Below, piece after piece: positions 1 to 9,487 of a DNA stretch of 64,000 nt. This DNA comes from an uncultured virus (IMG/VR IMGVR_UViG_3300025882_000423) (taxonomy: Duplodnaviria; Heunggongvirae; Uroviricota; Caudoviricetes): IMG/VR virus record IMGVR_UViG_3300025882_000423. One strand, written 5' to 3'. A model generated the notes under the pieces. The model saw nothing but the letters and a program-made list of their open reading frames with translations. It made no database searches and was not told the DNA's origin. Made by a program: the position numbers and the translations under genes. How positions within the stretch are numbered: position 1 is the first letter of the stretch; each line of letters starts with the position of its first letter.

Positions 1-276
1 TTAGCGATTAGCTTCAAAATATTGATCCATAAACATTGTTGCACAATAAGCACACACTAAGCTTAAGCCTATTGCCCCAAACATGAAATAGACCAATCCA
101 CCAGACTGCCAAACCATTGGTGACAACATCACTATGAGTGAGAATATTGCAAGAAATACTGGAATTAAAGGTAATGATCGGTAAATTCTAGTTTTTGTTT
201 TTGAATTTTCAGACATGTTGTTCCTAGTTTTTGGTAAATTACCAACCTGCCTTAGCAAAGGCATCCTGTAATACAT
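1..276 (-). CDS. small membrane protein, hypothetical
   Basis: Two hydrophobic segments; follows the pilin-like gene; true start probably downstream of 276. Confidence 0.5.
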   Translation of the reverse strand: MYYRMPLLRQVGNLPKTRNNMSENSKTKTRIYRSLPLIPVFLAIFSLIVMLSPMVWQSGGLVYFMFGAIGLSLVCAYCATMFMDQYFEANR

Positions 277-1342
277 TTACGTTGATTTGCGTGACAATAT
301 CATCATTACCACCAACGACTAAATCTGGTCCATAAGAAGTTACTGTGTAAGTTAAAATATTCCCTGCTGTTGCATTGCTTACTGAGGCGATATTTCTTGC
401 GTATACATAATTATTACCCCAAGGATCTAATGTCGTACTAGCGGGCAGGGCAGGTAAGGCCGCAGCTATTGGATAGATAAAAGCTCCTGGTGCTCCTGCT
501 CTATTTCTGACTGCATCAGCGATGATGCTATTTTTAATATTAGACAAATCTTCACTAATAGAAGCGCGATAATCCCCAATTGTGCCATGTGTAGTAAGTC
601 CGGCAAGTAAATCCGGAGCGGACAATGGCAACAAAATATCATCAAATGGGTTAGCTACTGCATCAGAATAATCTTTAATGACAAACTTACTGTCATTATT
701 GGTGTTTTCAATTTCATCTGCTCCTGCTGGAGCAGCTTTTTGTATCCCGTCTCTATCGAATGCACCTGCACCATCAGCACCATGCGACATAACCACTACA
801 ACAACTGAACATGGATTATAGTTGCCACCGACAGGTGTGCAGTTATTTGTTTGATTGGCTCCGGCAGCCGGAGGTAATACGGCAGGAGTTCCTGAATGAG
901 TTGATATTGCCCCCTTTAAGCCAGCAATAGTTTCTGAAGTGGTATTGGTCGCATTCAAAGTGACCTGATACGTGAAACGGTTGTAATACCCATCTGTTCC
1001 ATTTTCATCAGATAAAGATAAGCTAGCCCATGGCACTATTCCAGTTGCAACTTGACCGTTGATGGTCGCGCCTGTGCAAGTCCCGGGTGTAGCGGCCTCC
1101 AATCCATAACCTGCTGCTCCAAGGGCTAAATTTGAAACAGCAGGGCACGGTAATCGATTGTTTCTTGCAATAAAGCTAATTAAAGCGAGTTTGATTGCTT
1201 CCTGTTTTTGTTTTGTGCTTGTAATTCTTGCCTGTGCTATCTGAGTTGAACCAGCCCCAAAAATTGCACCCATCAAAAGCCCCATGATGACAAGCACCAC
1301 AGATAACTCAATCAATGTGAAACCTTTTTGTCTAACTCTCAT
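239..1342 (-). CDS. type IV pilin / T2SS pseudopilin-like protein
   Basis: Class III signal motif QKG|FTLIEL followed by a hydrophobic helix; start MRVRQKG chosen at 1342. Confidence 0.85.
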   Translation of the reverse strand: MRVRQKGFTLIELSVVLVIMGLLMGAIFGAGSTQIAQARITSTKQKQEAIKLALISFIARNNRLPCPAVSNLALGAAGYGLEAATPGTCTGATINGQVATGIVPWASLSLSDENGTDGYYNRFTYQVTLNATNTTSETIAGLKGAISTHSGTPAVLPPAAGANQTNNCTPVGGNYNPCSVVVVVMSHGADGAGAFDRDGIQKAAPAGADEIENTNNDSKFVIKDYSDAVANPFDDILLPLSAPDLLAGLTTHGTIGDYRASISEDLSNIKNSIIADAVRNRAGAPGAFIYPIAAALPALPASTTLDPWGNNYVYARNIASVSNATAGNILTYTVTSYGPDLVVGGNDDIVTQINVNVLQDAFAKAGW

Positions 1343-1457
1343 ATTACTCAATAGTGATGGCGAAACTTGACAAATCATATAGCATTTTTAAAGTAACTAG
1401 AAATAATCTTTAAAATTTGCACGAATTAATAAATATTGATATTTGGTGATTATAAAC

Positions 1458-1480
1458 ATAATTATTGTTACAATAATTAT
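1458..1480. promoter_or_regulatory. 23-bp palindrome, putative operator of umuDC
   Basis: ATAATTATTGT-T-ACAATAATTAT directly before the ATG at 1481. Confidence 0.55.
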
Positions 1481-2107
1481 ATGGACACACCAAACTCTAA
1501 AGTGAGCAAAATAGCTCCCCGTAAAAATAAACCCGGCGCTGGCCGTAAGGTAGGCACTGGTAAGTTCGGTGAGCCAACCTCTGTGATTCGCATACCGACG
1601 AGTTTAGAATCTAACGTCAAAGATTTCCTAACCGCCTATCAACAAAAGACCAAGCAGACTAGCTATGGCGAAGACATAGAAATCATCCTACCCGCCATCG
1701 ACCCTCCCAAAGTCTTTCTGAATCTGTACTCTAGCCAAGTCCCTGCTGGCTTTCCCTCACCTGCTGATGATCATGTCGAGAAACGATTAGACCTCAATGA
1801 GTTTTTTCAAACGGATAAACCTTACGTATTTCTGGCTCGCGTGGGTGGTAACTCCCTCTTAGACCTCGGGATTATCAAAGGCGATATTGCCATTGTGGAT
1901 CGTTCCCTTCCCGTCCGAGTCGGTCAGCCCGTCATGGTAAGAATTAATGAAGAATTCACCATGAAAATCTTTTCCGTCACTAAGCAAAACAAACCCTTGT
2001 TACTCAAAGCTAATGAGGGTGACCCGACTATTGAAAACATCCTGATTACCGATGACATGGACTTTGAGATATGGGGTGTGATTACCGGTGCAGTGCATAA
2101 GTTTTAG
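1481..2107 (+). CDS. umuD: UmuD/LexA-family S24 peptidase with basic N-terminal extension
   Basis: VPAGFPSPA autocleavage motif, GNS catalytic Ser, TMK Lys, WGVIT end; directly upstream of umuC. Confidence 0.85.
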   Translation: MDTPNSKVSKIAPRKNKPGAGRKVGTGKFGEPTSVIRIPTSLESNVKDFLTAYQQKTKQTSYGEDIEIILPAIDPPKVFLNLYSSQVPAGFPSPADDHVEKRLDLNEFFQTDKPYVFLARVGGNSLLDLGIIKGDIAIVDRSLPVRVGQPVMVRINEEFTMKIFSVTKQNKPLLLKANEGDPTIENILITDDMDFEIWGVITGAVHKF

Positions 2108-2109
2108 TC

Positions 2110-3384
2110 ATGCGTCACATTGCCTTAATTGACGTTAACAACTTCTATGTGAGTTGTGAACGGGTATTCAATCCCAAACTGATCAATCGACCCGTCGTTG
2201 TTCTGAGCAACAATGATGGTTGTGCAGTGGCTCGTAGTAATGAGGTCAAAGCACTCGGTATTGGCATGGGTGCGCCATGGTTTAAGTTTAAAGACCTCGC
2301 TAAACAACATGGCATTGTGGCATTCTCCAGTAATTATGCTTTGTATGCCGATATGAGTAATCGGGTCATGGAGATTCTTAGAGACTTTAGCCCAGACCAA
2401 GAAATCTACTCTATTGATGAAAGCTTTTTAGACCTCACTGGCTTTGCCAAACGTGATCTTATCCAATATGGACAAGATATGCGGAGTCGCATTCTGCGAT
2501 GGACGGGGCTCCCGGTCTGTGTCGGCATTGGTGCTACCAAGACATTAGCGAAACTGGCTAACCATTGTGCTAAAAAGCGACCAGTGTATGAAGGTGTATG
2601 CAACTTCAACACCATGCCCCAACAAGAGTTGAATCAACTGCTTGGTGAGATTGCTGTGGGAGAAGTGTGGGGTATTGGCAGACAACTCGCCCCTAAGCTA
2701 GAAGCCATGGGGATTCAGACCGTGCGCGATTTAAAACAAGCCAACCATCAACACTTACGGCAACAGTTTAGCGTGGTGATGCAAAAAACCATTCGTGAAC
2801 TCAATGGTGAAGTATGTATTGAAATGGAAGAGCTCGCCCCTGCTAAGAAGCAAATCGTGAGTTCGCGTAGCTTTGGTCATCAGGTCACCGACTACCAAAG
2901 CTTAGCAGAATCCATCACACTGTATATAAGCCGTGCAGCGGAGAAACTACGCAAACAACAGTCCTATGCAGGTTCAGTGTATGTGTATATCCGCACTTCA
3001 CCCTTTAAAGAAAAAGAACCCTTTTACAGTAATGGCATGACCATCCCACTCCCCACGGCTACGGATGATACGAGACTACTGGTGAACGTTGCCTTATGGG
3101 GGCTAAAGCAACTGTTTAAGCCACACTATAACTACGCTAAAGCTGGGGTGATGCTGAGTGAACTGGTGCCAGTGCAAGGCATACAAACCGACCTATTCTC
3201 ATCCGTACAAGTGAACCCTAAATCCAGCAAACTCATGACCACCTTAGACCAGATTAATCAGAAAATGGGCAAAGAGTCCATCAAGCTAGCCAGTGAAGGT
3301 TTTAAGCGACCTTGGAAAATGAAACAAGAAAACAAGAGCCCTTGCTATACGACGAAGTGGGAAGATTTGGTGGTGGTTGGCTGA
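2110..3384 (+). CDS. umuC: Y-family DNA polymerase V subunit UmuC
   Basis: [31 protein letters not shown]-terminal SPCYTTKW. Confidence 0.95.
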   Translation: MRHIALIDVNNFYVSCERVFNPKLINRPVVVLSNNDGCAVARSNEVKALGIGMGAPWFKFKDLAKQHGIVAFSSNYALYADMSNRVMEILRDFSPDQEIYSIDESFLDLTGFAKRDLIQYGQDMRSRILRWTGLPVCVGIGATKTLAKLANHCAKKRPVYEGVCNFNTMPQQELNQLLGEIAVGEVWGIGRQLAPKLEAMGIQTVRDLKQANHQHLRQQFSVVMQKTIRELNGEVCIEMEELAPAKKQIVSSRSFGHQVTDYQSLAESITLYISRAAEKLRKQQSYAGSVYVYIRTSPFKEKEPFYSNGMTIPLPTATDDTRLLVNVALWGLKQLFKPHYNYAKAGVMLSELVPVQGIQTDLFSSVQVNPKSSKLMTTLDQINQKMGKESIKLASEGFKRPWKMKQENKSPCYTTKWEDLVVVG

Positions 3385-3407
3385 GACTAACGCATATTAG
3401 AAATTAC

Positions 3408-3465
3408 TTTATTTATACCTACCCCATTTACTACTAGTTACTCAAATTGGGTAGGTATAAATAAA
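3408..3465. repeat. 17-bp perfect inverted repeat with 24-nt spacer
   Basis: TTTATTTATACCTACCC (3408-3424) / GGGTAGGTATAAATAAA (3449-3465). Confidence 0.8.
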
Positions 3466-3559
3466 TTAAATTAAAGTGACTAAAATACAACAAAAATACA
3501 TTTTTATCACAAAATTTACTTTAGCTACTTAAAATATTAGCAAAATACAAATAATTATA

Positions 3560-3587
3560 TTTACATTATTTAAATATGTGATATAGT
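3560..3587 (+). promoter_or_regulatory. putative sigma70 promoter upstream of the repeat array
   Basis: TTTACA-N16-TATAGT with extended -10 TG; the region is AT-rich, so a chance match is possible. Confidence 0.5.
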
Positions 3588-3635
3588 AAGTATAGTTAAT
3601 TGAAATTTTAAATTAACTGAATAAAGAAAATTTAT

Positions 3636-3797
3636 GTTAACCACTGAATAAGTGGGTTAGAAGTAGTAAAGTAGTGTGAAGTTAACCACCGAATAAGTGG
3701 GTTAGAAGTAGTAAAGTAGTGTGAAGTTAACCACCGAATAAGTGGGTTAGAAGTAGTAAAGTAGTGTGAAGTTAACCACCGAATAAGTGGGTTAGAA
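3636..3797 (+). repeat. tandem array, 3.6 copies of a 45-nt unit
   Basis: GTTAACCACCGAATAAGTGGGTTAGAAGTAGTAAAGTAGTGTGAA starting at 3636, 3681, 3726 and partially 3771; one mismatch in copy 1. Confidence 0.95.
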
Positions 3798-3822
3798 AAA
3801 AATGAGTTTTACTCATTTTTTT

Positions 3823-3858
3823 AAAAGGCCGATAATTAAAAACTATCGGCCTTTTTTT
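3823..3858 (+). terminator. intrinsic terminator after the repeat array
   Basis: AAAAGGCCGATA...TATCGGCCTTTTTTT; preceded by a second hairpin at 3796-3822. Confidence 0.75.
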
Positions 3859-3902
3859 ACTTATAAACAAACCTTCTGCTCATAATAAAAAGTTAACTCA
3901 AT

Positions 3903-3925
3903 AAAAAAGGACGCATTAGCGTCCT
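3903..3925 (-). terminator. intrinsic terminator of the HU gene
   Basis: Minus strand AGGACGC-TAAT-GCGTCCT followed by a T tract. Confidence 0.7.
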
Positions 3926-3945
3926 AGTTTCAGGCTAACTGTAAT

Positions 3946-4218
3946 TTAGTTCACTTTGTCTTTAAGCGTTTTACCTGCTTTAAATACAGGTGCATTTTTA
4001 GCTGCGATTTGGATTTCTTTACCTGTAGATGGATTACGGCCTGTGCGTGCTGGTTTCTTGTTCACTTGAAATGTGCCAAAGCCGACTAAGGCAACATTGT
4101 CACCCGCCTTTAAGCGGTCACCAATGGTGGTAATAAATGCTTCTAGTACACGACCAGCATCCGCTTGTGTGACCCCTGATAATGCAGCTAGGTTGGCAAT
4201 TAATTCTGATTTGTTCAT
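3946..4218 (-). CDS. HU family DNA-binding protein
   Basis: [26 protein letters not shown] motifs. Confidence 0.95.
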   Translation of the reverse strand: MNKSELIANLAALSGVTQADAGRVLEAFITTIGDRLKAGDNVALVGFGTFQVNKKPARTGRNPSTGKEIQIAAKNAPVFKAGKTLKDKVN

Positions 4219-4309
4219 GAGTTTCCTTTGATAAATTTAGTTGTTATACGGGTATTGCGAAATTTTGTGTGAGTACAATAATGTACATACTGTTGCGCGT
4301 CAATACAAC

Positions 4310-4831
4310 TTAACAAATAAGACATTCACGATGTAGCTCCAGTAATTTTTCTTTAAGTTCTGCCTGGATGTTTTTGCAACTCAAGCCTTTTTCTTGATCT
4401 GTCAAAATTAAGTGATGGCGATGACTTTCTGGCCACTCATCCACCTCATAGCCTGAGAATAAATCATCAATTGCTAACCACTTTTTAAAACCAGTTCTGC
4501 TTGCATGACATTCTATTTGTTCAAATCTGTTCATGTTGCCACCATAGGAGTTTTGGTACATTTGGTGGTTCATTTGGCTGTGCCAAGTCGCTCCAATCAC
4601 ACGTTCTTTAAGTTTCAATGGCATTTTACTAAGTGTGCGGTCATAGCCAAGCACGCGTACCCAGCTCGTTGAAAGCACAATCTTGGCCTGAGAATATGGT
4701 GCTAAGGCATCATCTAGAATTTGAGCATGCATGAATAGCTCCCCCTCAGCTCTCAATACTAAGGGCCGATTTGGTGGGTTAAAGACCGCATCTGGGTGTA
4801 GCACCCCATCAAAATCTAAATATATAATCAT
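4310..4831 (-). CDS. HAD-superfamily protein (Swiss-Army-Knife RNA-repair-like type)
   Basis: YLDFDGVLH, IVLSTSW, WLAIDD motifs. Confidence 0.8.
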   Translation of the reverse strand: MIIYLDFDGVLHPDAVFNPPNRPLVLRAEGELFMHAQILDDALAPYSQAKIVLSTSWVRVLGYDRTLSKMPLKLKERVIGATWHSQMNHQMYQNSYGGNMNRFEQIECHASRTGFKKWLAIDDLFSGYEVDEWPESHRHHLILTDQEKGLSCKNIQAELKEKLLELHRECLIC

Positions 4832-4841
4832 ATTGCTTTAC

Positions 4842-5255
4842 CTATTTTCTTAACTTGTTTGCTTCGGTTAACATGTTATATACATGCTTATTGTAATAGC
4901 TATACTCATGGTTAAATTGAAGCTTATAAGCCGTTGCGATCCACTTTGCAACAGCAGCGCTTCTGGAAATGCCAGCTTTACAATGCACCATAATACCTTC
5001 GACATTTGGCGCAATGGCATTCACAAAACTAACTATCTCAAGTGCATGTTGGGGAGTCATCAAAACATTAGGCTCATATAACATTTCAACTTCAATATCG
5101 TGAAATTCGCTTCTATGCAATGCATGCCATCCATCTAATAGCTTAGCTTCCCCAAAAGCCGAATCCGGCTCTGAGATACTGATGATTGCCCAGTTATTCC
5201 AACCTGGTGTTGTTTCTGCAGTGGCCCGACCGACGAACATCGTTTTGTTCAACAT
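4842..5255 (-). CDS. PTP/dual-specificity phosphatase family protein
   Basis: HCKAGISRS (CX5R) loop and upstream FHD. Confidence 0.85.
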   Translation of the reverse strand: MLNKTMFVGRATAETTPGWNNWAIISISEPDSAFGEAKLLDGWHALHRSEFHDIEVEMLYEPNVLMTPQHALEIVSFVNAIAPNVEGIMVHCKAGISRSAAVAKWIATAYKLQFNHEYSYYNKHVYNMLTEANKLRK

Positions 5256-5303
5256 CTAGATTACTCCTCTTAAATTTCCAACTTAAACTTCAACCGCAAT
5301 TAT

Positions 5304-6050
5304 TTAAACTTTTTCCTGGCGGTAAATGCGATGCTCATCCTCACCACCGGCCACAATCATGCCGCCAAACATGTCAGTGACACCGCGAAATCCAACCCCA
5401 TGCGCGCTAAACCCTAGCGCATTTTCATGGGCAGAATAATTCAGTCGATCGTGGTGGTGCCCGTGAAAGCTATATTTCACCTTCATACTTTTCGCCAATA
5501 AATCAATAATTTTAAATCCATGTGGATGACAACTTGGTGCTTCGTGTGTTACTAAAATATCTGCATGCTGACCATATAGATTTAACCAAACATCATGAAA
5601 AATACTCGTTTTATGTTTGCGTAATTGCATATCTGATTTTTGAGAGCTGATTTTGTGATAAACCACTTCGGTGTTCAAATGTTGTGATAAGGCATCATAT
5701 GAATCATGATTTGGATTTGCATCGACCGGATCAGGCCACCAGATTTTTTCTCTAAAAATACCCCCCAACCCTGCCACTCTGATGCCATCAATTTCCACCA
5801 CGCGCCCATGCAAATTACGATCTGCGATTGCTGAATTGAAAAGATTGTCATGGTCAGCTTTTGAGTCTGAATCGTGGTTGCCATGGATATAGAAGACTTC
5901 TGTTAGCTCCATTACTTCAGCCAACTCAATCTCAAGCGGTCTTTGTGCTTGTAAGTCACCTAAAAAGATGATGGCACAAGGTTTTTCATGCTTTACCACT
6001 GGTAAAACATGCTCAAATGAACCATGTACATCGCCAAACATTAAAATCAT
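5304..6050 (-). CDS. calcineurin-like metallophosphoesterase
   Basis: GDVHG, LGD, GNHD, THEAP, HGHHH. Confidence 0.9.
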   Translation of the reverse strand: MILMFGDVHGSFEHVLPVVKHEKPCAIIFLGDLQAQRPLEIELAEVMELTEVFYIHGNHDSDSKADHDNLFNSAIADRNLHGRVVEIDGIRVAGLGGIFREKIWWPDPVDANPNHDSYDALSQHLNTEVVYHKISSQKSDMQLRKHKTSIFHDVWLNLYGQHADILVTHEAPSCHPHGFKIIDLLAKSMKVKYSFHGHHHDRLNYSAHENALGFSAHGVGFRGVTDMFGGMIVAGGEDEHRIYRQEKV

Positions 6051-6053
6051 CTT

Positions 6054-6410
6054 TTACCAATCCTCAATCGTTATATCCTTTTCATTAACAGTGCGATTAA
6101 TAAGCCTCCATTTAGCCCAGACATAATTGGCATCTGCATTTTGGCTTGATGGCCCACACAGCTCATAAATCCGTCCAGAGCTTGTTTTACCTCGTAACCT
6201 TAACGGGTTAAATTCAACAATGTCAGACGAGACCCTGCCTTCCCGGCACATACAGTCGTAACCGATGAAATGTCTGGAAATAACTCCTTCAGAATTTTTA
6301 GACTCTTTAATGCACCATTGAGTTAATTGAACGTTTGGTTGCGCAGTCAATGAAGCCACTGGGTGTACACCACCAGAAACTCCTACTAAAACGAATTTCT
6401 TTTCTTTCAT
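6054..6410 (-). CDS. hypothetical protein tightly coupled to the AAA ATPase gene
   Basis: 3-nt gaps to both neighbours; no recognised catalytic motif. Confidence 0.7.
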   Translation of the reverse strand: MKEKKFVLVGVSGGVHPVASLTAQPNVQLTQWCIKESKNSEGVISRHFIGYDCMCREGRVSSDIVEFNPLRLRGKTSSGRIYELCGPSSQNADANYVWAKWRLINRTVNEKDITIEDW

Positions 6411-6413
6411 GAA

Positions 6414-7847
6414 TTAATTTCGCATCGCATTTTGTGACTCGTTGACCATATGCTTTTCAATTAGAAACCTTGTCGTTTGGTTAATTTTTCTTGGGCTAGC
6501 ACTTTGTTTTATGACTTCAATATCCAGAAGGGTTAAGTCAGGCAACATACGTGTATCTAAACCTAATTCAGACGCAAATGCTTTGCGTGCACCATTGAGT
6601 AAAGCCATAAAGTGTTCTGGACCTGGTGCTTTTACGACGACAATGTGAAAGCGCTCCAGCAATGGCATTGGCAGTGACCCAATGGCATTGGCTGTGGCAA
6701 TCCAGCTCACCCAAGATAAATCACAAGGCATGCTTAAACATTCATCAAAAAAGTTTCTGCTATTGGCAGGTTCCAACAACCCAAGAAGTACATCCCATAT
6801 GCGTCCATTTCTAGCATCAGGACTAGCTTTATCAAGCTCATCCAACAAAATCATTGGGTTGGTAATACTTTCGGTGGCAATGGTTTGCAACACTAAACTC
6901 GGACGGGTTGAAGACCAGCCACGTGCCAAACCTTTCAACAACATGCTATCGTTACTGCCGCCCACCATAATGGTTCTGAAAGGTACATTACATAACTCTG
7001 CAACTCTACGCGCCCATGTGGTTTTACCGAGTCCTGAATCGCCCGCTATCAGCAGTGGCCTTAACTTAAAGGCTGGCTTAGCGTTGTATTGTTGTATTAA
7101 TAATTGCTGGTACACAATCGCATTAATATTGCTAAACCAAGGAAACTCTTTGTCTAAAGTTGACTTAACTAACTCAGGATCTGGCAATCGAATAAGCGGT
7201 AAATTTCGCTCTAATTTTTTATAAATGCCAGGCTTAAAATCGCTGTCTTCAGGAATCTTTTGCTTGATGACTTGCAAACTTAAAGGGTGCTTGCCATTAG
7301 CATCTGCATTTCCTTGCATTTTTAGTTGCAGCAAATTAAAGTCTGGATGTTTATCAAAATTATTTGCTTTAAGTACCTCTTCTATCAACTCAAAACACTC
7401 TTCGTCTGGTTCGTTCTCTAAAGCCAGGTTAATTACAGTAGCGGCGCGATGCATTTCAGTAATGCTTATCCGTTTCGACATCACAATATGGGCCAAAAAT
7501 TCCTTCGCATGCAGTTTTGCTTGGTCTATCATTTCAGTATTTTCATTGATAAAAAATAGCAGTTGCACGAGTCTTACCTTAGAGCCTACATGACCTAAAT
7601 GAGCCGCCCATTGATGCCACTTAATGGCCTCTTCTAGACCGTTTGAACGCGGTACATCACCCGACTCAATTCGTAAAGCAAGTTGATTTGCACTGTTAGG
7701 ATTCCTATCATAGGCGCTCCTATATAGCGCTAACAATTCTAATAGAGCGTCAGAGACCTTTTTAGGTTTATCCTGACGCATGGCCGAGTCAGCCGCTTTT
7801 AACCATTTAGGCATTTCAGGACATTCAACATTTGGGAGTTCGTCCAT
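6414..7847 (-). CDS. Lon-like AAA+ ATPase without protease domain; Sel1-like helical N-terminus
   Basis: Walker A GDSGLGKT, Walker B NPMILLDELDK, WIATAN, PLLERF; N-terminal EAIKWHQWAAHLGH. Confidence 0.8.
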   Translation of the reverse strand: MDELPNVECPEMPKWLKAADSAMRQDKPKKVSDALLELLALYRSAYDRNPNSANQLALRIESGDVPRSNGLEEAIKWHQWAAHLGHVGSKVRLVQLLFFINENTEMIDQAKLHAKEFLAHIVMSKRISITEMHRAATVINLALENEPDEECFELIEEVLKANNFDKHPDFNLLQLKMQGNADANGKHPLSLQVIKQKIPEDSDFKPGIYKKLERNLPLIRLPDPELVKSTLDKEFPWFSNINAIVYQQLLIQQYNAKPAFKLRPLLIAGDSGLGKTTWARRVAELCNVPFRTIMVGGSNDSMLLKGLARGWSSTRPSLVLQTIATESITNPMILLDELDKASPDARNGRIWDVLLGLLEPANSRNFFDECLSMPCDLSWVSWIATANAIGSLPMPLLERFHIVVVKAPGPEHFMALLNGARKAFASELGLDTRMLPDLTLLDIEVIKQSASPRKINQTTRFLIEKHMVNESQNAMRN

Positions 7848-8305
7848 TATTTTAAGATGTCCTTTTGTTGATAGATTGCCTCACAAGTTTTACATTTCAC
7901 ATGCACCCAGGAAGCTTGATAAAGTTTTCCTGGTAGCCCACATTCTTCACAAGTCACAAGGCTTTTAGATTCTGCTTTTGAAATAGATTGGTATATTTTT
8001 TCAATCATCGCGTCCGATGCTAATTTGTCTGCCTCGGTCACCATTGCGTTTGTAAAATCTGAGGTGTGGATATAAAAGCGCAGGCCACCAAACTTTTCTT
8101 TCACTTGTACGACATTTGGCCAAAGTTGCATTTCAGAACTTTGCACAATTTCCGAAATTTCAGCGCATAGTTCATTAATTAAGTCGTACCAACCGCTACC
8201 ACATTCAAAACCAAATGTTTCATCTAAACTACACACTTCACCGTTGTGCTTTCTGAACAACATGGGATAGGATTCAGTTAATTTCTGTGCTTTTTCTTTA
8301 TTCAT
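7847..8305 (-). CDS. conserved hypothetical protein with C-terminal Zn-finger-like cysteines
   Basis: QVKEKFGGLRFY, CEECG...CKTC; GGAG RBS before MNKEKA at 8305. Confidence 0.75.
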   Translation of the reverse strand: MNKEKAQKLTESYPMLFRKHNGEVCSLDETFGFECGSGWYDLINELCAEISEIVQSSEMQLWPNVVQVKEKFGGLRFYIHTSDFTNAMVTEADKLASDAMIEKIYQSISKAESKSLVTCEECGLPGKLYQASWVHVKCKTCEAIYQQKDILK

Positions 8306-8330
8306 TTTTTCTCCAGTCAAATTTTTTAAC

Positions 8331-9152
8331 TTAAATCTCAATAATATAATTTGGATTAAAGTCACGATTTTCTTCACCGTCTGGGTATCGACAATAGCCC
8401 CTGGGATTACAAACGATTCTGGTTCCGTCAGCATTGACTAGCCCTGCATCTTGCATCTTTTCTGTATTGTCATAAGAGTGTGAACTTGGGTGGAATGCTT
8501 GATAATCGAATGAATCATGGGTATGTCCATGTATCCAGGCATTACTGTACCCAAAAAGGTCATCAAGATTACTCGCAAAACAAGCGCTCAAATGACTTTG
8601 TTTATAGCGCTCTGCCACTGATAGCTGAGATGGTAAATGATGTGTTACCACAACCGTTTTGCCAGTGAATTTCTCAGCTTTTAGTTTTTCATTCAGCCAG
8701 GCCACTGATTCATCGTGCAAATCAATACTGTCCTGTGCGGTAAACATCCATTCGCCATTGCTAATGACTCTAAAATCATTCAAACAATTTTGACCTTCAA
8801 CGATACAAATTTTTTTAAGTGCTTCACCAAATAATTTGAAATCAGTCCAAAGGGTTGTACCCAGAAAGCGGACTCCATTGATAATGACTTCATCATTATC
8901 AAGGAAATGCACACCAGTTTTTTTTGCTGCAATACGAAGCATAGCGAGTACATTTTTACGGTCATTTCCATAAAATTCATGATTGCCGGCGACATAAGCA
9001 ATCTCGTTATTTGGCCAAGTTTGTCGAGCCCAGTAAATGCCTCGATCACCTTGCCAAATATCCCCTGCTAGCACTACTACATCTGCTTCAGCAGTGGGCT
9101 TTTGCATGTTGGAGAACTCAAGATGTAGATCACTTAAAACTAGTATTTTCAT
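8331..9152 (-). CDS. calcineurin-like metallophosphoesterase
   Basis: SDLH, AGDI, GNHE, THHLP, HGHTH, CNPRGY. Confidence 0.9.
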   Translation of the reverse strand: MKILVLSDLHLEFSNMQKPTAEADVVVLAGDIWQGDRGIYWARQTWPNNEIAYVAGNHEFYGNDRKNVLAMLRIAAKKTGVHFLDNDEVIINGVRFLGTTLWTDFKLFGEALKKICIVEGQNCLNDFRVISNGEWMFTAQDSIDLHDESVAWLNEKLKAEKFTGKTVVVTHHLPSQLSVAERYKQSHLSACFASNLDDLFGYSNAWIHGHTHDSFDYQAFHPSSHSYDNTEKMQDAGLVNADGTRIVCNPRGYCRYPDGEENRDFNPNYIIEI

Positions 9153-9163
9153 ATGTAATATCC

Positions 9164-9189
9164 AAAAAAAGGCCTCATAAAGAGGCCTT
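9164..9189 (-). terminator. intrinsic terminator immediately upstream of the phosphoesterase operon (attenuator-like)
   Basis: Minus strand AAGGCCTC-TTTAT-GAGGCC-TTTTTTT ending about 11 nt before the ATG at 9152. Confidence 0.75.
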
Positions 9190-9439
9190 GTTCTGTACTA
9201 AATCATCAAAATTTAGGCTACAGAGGGCCGTCCCTCTCAGTGATTACTGAGTTGGTTATCGCTGCAAAATAATTCGTGCATTTAAACTTCAACATTACGA
9301 CTTCTTAATTATGTGATTAACCTACTAAGCTAATCATATAGACCCTTAAATTCCAATTGATAAAGGCAATCAATCTATTATTAGTTCGACCTCATTAAGT
9401 TTGATATACTTAATGGTCAAATAATTTACTATAAAAGGT

Positions 9440-9468
9440 ATTATATCTATTATACTTTCTAAAGTCAA
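9440..9468 (-). promoter_or_regulatory. near-consensus sigma70 promoter, leftward
   Basis: TTGACT-N17-TATAAT on the minus strand. Confidence 0.75.
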
Positions 9469-9487
9469 TAGATAAATATATATACAA

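Noticed and set aside
3636..3797. CRISPR array
   Set aside because: The segments between hairpins are identical, so there are no unique spacers, and no cas genes are present.
6414..7847. Lon protease
   Set aside because: The ORF ends after the AAA module; there is no Ser-Lys protease domain.
6442..7968. Series of + strand ORFs including a 180-aa one
   Set aside because: Antisense shadows of the AAA ATPase gene. The same applies to most short ORFs opposite phage structural genes.
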